From the NCBI GenBank assembly GCA_036556325.1, contig DATBJR010000043.1, positions 3,285 to 67,284 on the forward strand: a stretch of 64,000 nucleotides of DNA, given 5' to 3'. Of this stretch, positions 62,146-64,000 are shown one piece after another (the first letter of the stretch is position 1; each line of letters begins with the position of its first letter). Origin of the DNA: Candidatus Limnocylindria bacterium. GTDB taxonomy: Bacteria > Chloroflexota > Limnocylindria > QHBO01. The notes under the pieces were generated by a model. The model was not told the origin of the DNA and made no database searches. It saw only the letters and a program-made list of their open reading frames with translations. Made by a program: the position numbers and the translations under genes.

Positions 62146-62885
62146 GACGGCGGCGGCTCCAGGAACTTCGGCAGCAGCCGGCGCGCGGTTTCCAGGTCCT
62201 CGGCGAAGTCGATCTCGGTCCACGCGCGCCCCCGGGTTGGCACGGCGACGGCGTCGGCGCCGCCGTCGGCCAGGAGCCGGTTGATGGCCGCCTCGAAATA
62301 GGAGCCGATGGCGCCGTCCGCCACCTCCCGCTCGATGGCGTCGACCAGCCCGGGCACGATCCGCGCCCGGAACAGCCCGATCCCGATGAACTCGCCCGCC
62401 GTCCGCTCGTCCGGAAGCTCCTTGGAGAGGTGCAGGATGCGGTCGCCCGCGACCTCGGCCTTCATCTGCTCCGGCTCGCACGCCCGCAGGTCGACCGGCA
62501 GCGCGATATCGGCTTCGGCCGCCAGCAGGTCGTCGAGGATGGTCGGGTCGAACACCGTATCGGCATGGGCGTAGACGAAATCGTCATGGAGCCGGTCGCG
62601 CGCGAACCAGGCCGAGCCGAGCACGTTCGTCACGCTCCAGAACGGGTTGAAGACGAACTCCAGGCCGATGCGTCCCGCGGCGCGCCGCTCGGCCGCCGCC
62701 TGCAGCAGATCGCGGCGATAGCCGGTGACCAGCACCGCTCGCCCGACGCCGCGCGCGATGAGCACCTCCAGCTGGAGCTCCAGCGGGCTGATTCCGCCCA
62801 GGTCGATCAGCGCCTTCGGCCCGTCGTCGGTGAGGCCGCCCAGCCGCGACCCGCGTCCGGCAGCCATGATCAGCGCATCGGTCAC
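62142..62885 (-). CDS. sugar/alditol-phosphate nucleotidyltransferase (GT-A-like NTP_transferase fold; candidate CTP:glycerol-phosphate or ribitol-phosphate cytidylyltransferase)
   Basis: N-terminal IMAAGRGSRLGGLTDDGPKALIDLG nucleotide-binding loop. The GTG at 62885 overlaps the upstream dehydrogenase stop (GTGA). The 410-aa track ORF is a frame artefact extending upstream. Confidence 0.7.
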   Translation of the reverse strand: MTDALIMAAGRGSRLGGLTDDGPKALIDLGGISPLELQLEVLIARGVGRAVLVTGYRRDLLQAAAERRAAGRIGLEFVFNPFWSVTNVLGSAWFARDRLHDDFVYAHADTVFDPTILDDLLAAEADIALPVDLRACEPEQMKAEVAGDRILHLSKELPDERTAGEFIGIGLFRARIVPGLVDAIEREVADGAIGSYFEAAINRLLADGGADAVAVPTRGRAWTEIDFAEDLETARRLLPKFLEPPPS

Positions 62886-64000
62886 CAGCTCGCCTCGTAG
62901 AGGGCCGTCAGCGCGTCCGGATCGGTGGGTCCCGGGTCGTTCTCCAGCGTTCCCTCGACCATGCCCGCCAGGCGGGGCAGATCCTCGCGGCGGATGCCCA
63001 GGTCGCGCAGGCGCGGCTGCAGGTCGATGCGCTCCATGAACGACAGCACCGAGGCGGCGACCGCCGCGGCCGCGTCGCCCTCGTCCCGGGCGGCACTGCC
63101 GATGCCCGCCGCGAAGGTGGCCAGCCGCTCCGGAGCGTGCCGCAGCACGCGGTCCAGCCACGCCGGCGTGAGCGCCGCCACGCCGGTGGCATGCTCGCTG
63201 TGCGCAACTGACCCCAGCGGGTACTGCATCCGGTGCGGCAGGCAGGTGGTGGAGTTGGCGAGGTTGACGCCCATCAGCATCGCCGCGTAGGCGGCGGCCG
63301 AGCGCGCCGCCAGGTCGCCGGGCTGCGCCATCGCTCGCGGCACGGCGTCGAGCAAGCGTGGCAGCGCCTCCCATGCCAGCGTGCGCGTCACCGGGCTGGC
63401 GGCGCGCGAGATCGTCGTCTCCACCGCGTGAGCCACGGCATCGAAGCCGGCGCGGGCCGTGACCCGCGGCGGGCAGCCGACCGCCAGCTCCGGATCGACG
63501 ATCGCCGCGCGCGCGGCGACGCCGCGGCCCCGAATGCCATGCTTCCGGCCGGTGTCGGGGTCCGTCACGATCGCGCCGCGGCTGACCTCCGCGCCGGAGC
63601 CCGCCGTGGTGGGCAGCGCGACCACGGGCAGCCCCACCGGGCTGTCGAAGCGGGGCCCGGTGGCCAGCTGCTCAGCATCCAGCACCGAGTGCGCGCTGAC
63701 GGCCGCCGCCTTGGCCAGGTCGATGACACTGCCACCACCCACCGCCACCACCACCGTCGCCCCGTGCTCCCGGAACGCGTCGGCCGCCGCCAGGACGCTG
63801 CCGAGCTCGGGTTCCGCGGTCACCTGGCAGCGGACCACGGCCTCCACCCCCGCCGCCCGCAGCGCGTTTTCGATCTCCGCGCCGTGCGGTCCGGCGGCGA
63901 GCGAGTGCGCGCCGGTGACAAGGGCTGCGCGCTCGCCGAACGCGGCCGCGATCCTGCCGACCTCGGCCCGCCGGCCGACGCCGAAGGAGACGGTCGTATC
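62882..64000 (-). CDS. iron-containing alcohol dehydrogenase / glycerol(-1-phosphate) dehydrogenase family (DHQS-like fold); 5' end beyond window
   Basis: A GGGSVIDLAKA glycine-rich NAD motif, DPDTGRKHGIRGRGVAARAAIVDPEL, and metal-His motifs (AVAHAVE, H..TGVAALTP). The frame stays open to the window edge. Confidence 0.7.
   Translation of the reverse strand, partial: DTTVSFGVGRRAEVGRIAAAFGERAALVTGAHSLAAGPHGAEIENALRAAGVEAVVRCQVTAEPELGSVLAAADAFREHGATVVVAVGGGSVIDLAKAAAVSAHSVLDAEQLATGPRFDSPVGLPVVALPTTAGSGAEVSRGAIVTDPDTGRKHGIRGRGVAARAAIVDPELAVGCPPRVTARAGFDAVAHAVETTISRAASPVTRTLAWEALPRLLDAVPRAMAQPGDLAARSAAAYAAMLMGVNLANSTTCLPHRMQYPLGSVAHSEHATGVAALTPAWLDRVLRHAPERLATFAAGIGSAARDEGDAAAAVAASVLSFMERIDLQPRLRDLGIRREDLPRLAGMVEGTLENDPGPTDPDALTALYEASW

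Noticed and set aside
62142-63374. 410-aa minus-strand ORF spanning the nucleotidyltransferase and part of the dehydrogenase gene
   Set aside because: Residues 1-163 are Gly/Arg-rich nonsense overlapping the real Fe-ADH-family frame. The nucleotide-binding loop (MAAGRGSRLGG) only starts at residue 170. A GTGA-coupled GTG start at 62885 is preferred.

Overview
High-GC (>70%) chromosomal window from a Gram-positive-type, rod-shaped bacterium (LCP, TagF/TagA/WecA, MreBC). No phage, transposase or CRISPR signal was seen. Genes are densely packed and many are translationally coupled through 4-nt GTGA/ATGA stop/start overlaps. Three blocks. (i) 1-13.1 kb: tail of radC, a PQQ sugar dehydrogenase, and a complete GlgE alpha-glucan pathway operon glgE-treS-mak-glgX-malQ with a convergent glgB. 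(ii) 13.9-22.3 kb: mreB-mreC followed not by mreD/pbpA/rodA but by three consecutive secreted proteins (a caspase-like-dyad domain protein, a large GH18-FN3-SH3b-FlgD_Ig-Big5 protein, and a CAP/YkwD-domain protein). All three end in tandem copies (7 in total) of the same ~80-aa Trp-rich repeat module that I cannot assign to a named family. I read it as a candidate cell-wall-targeting module. (iii) 22.4-64 kb: rph-rdgB, then a ~40-kb cell-envelope glycopolymer biosynthesis supercluster. It holds a UDP-ManNAc(A)-type precursor operon (hexapeptide acetyltransferase-wecB-Gfo/Idh/MocA oxidoreductase-wecC-type dehydrogenase-Ppm1-like GT2), wecA/tagO, a GT26 TagA/WecG, four GT4s, two Wzx flippases, a Wzy/O-antigen-ligase-like protein, an OatA-type acyltransferase-SGNH, an LCP ligase, two tandem TagF-like CDP-glycerol glycerophosphotransferases with a nucleotidyltransferase + Fe-ADH/glycerol-1-phosphate-dehydrogenase-like pair, and FIVE sulfotransferase genes (three sequence types, two tandem pairs). 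A tRNA-Pro(UGG), a membrane GGDEF cyclase, a PucR regulator, and a CGS-like PLP enzyme plus a GSI-alpha glutamine synthetase are embedded in it. Main hypothesis: the locus makes a sulfated, O-acetylated teichoic/teichuronic-acid-like wall polymer, possibly glycerol-phosphate containing, and the novel repeat module of the neighbouring secreted proteins may be its cognate wall-binding domain. All functional calls rest on motif-level recognition from the translated ORFs. No database search was possible.
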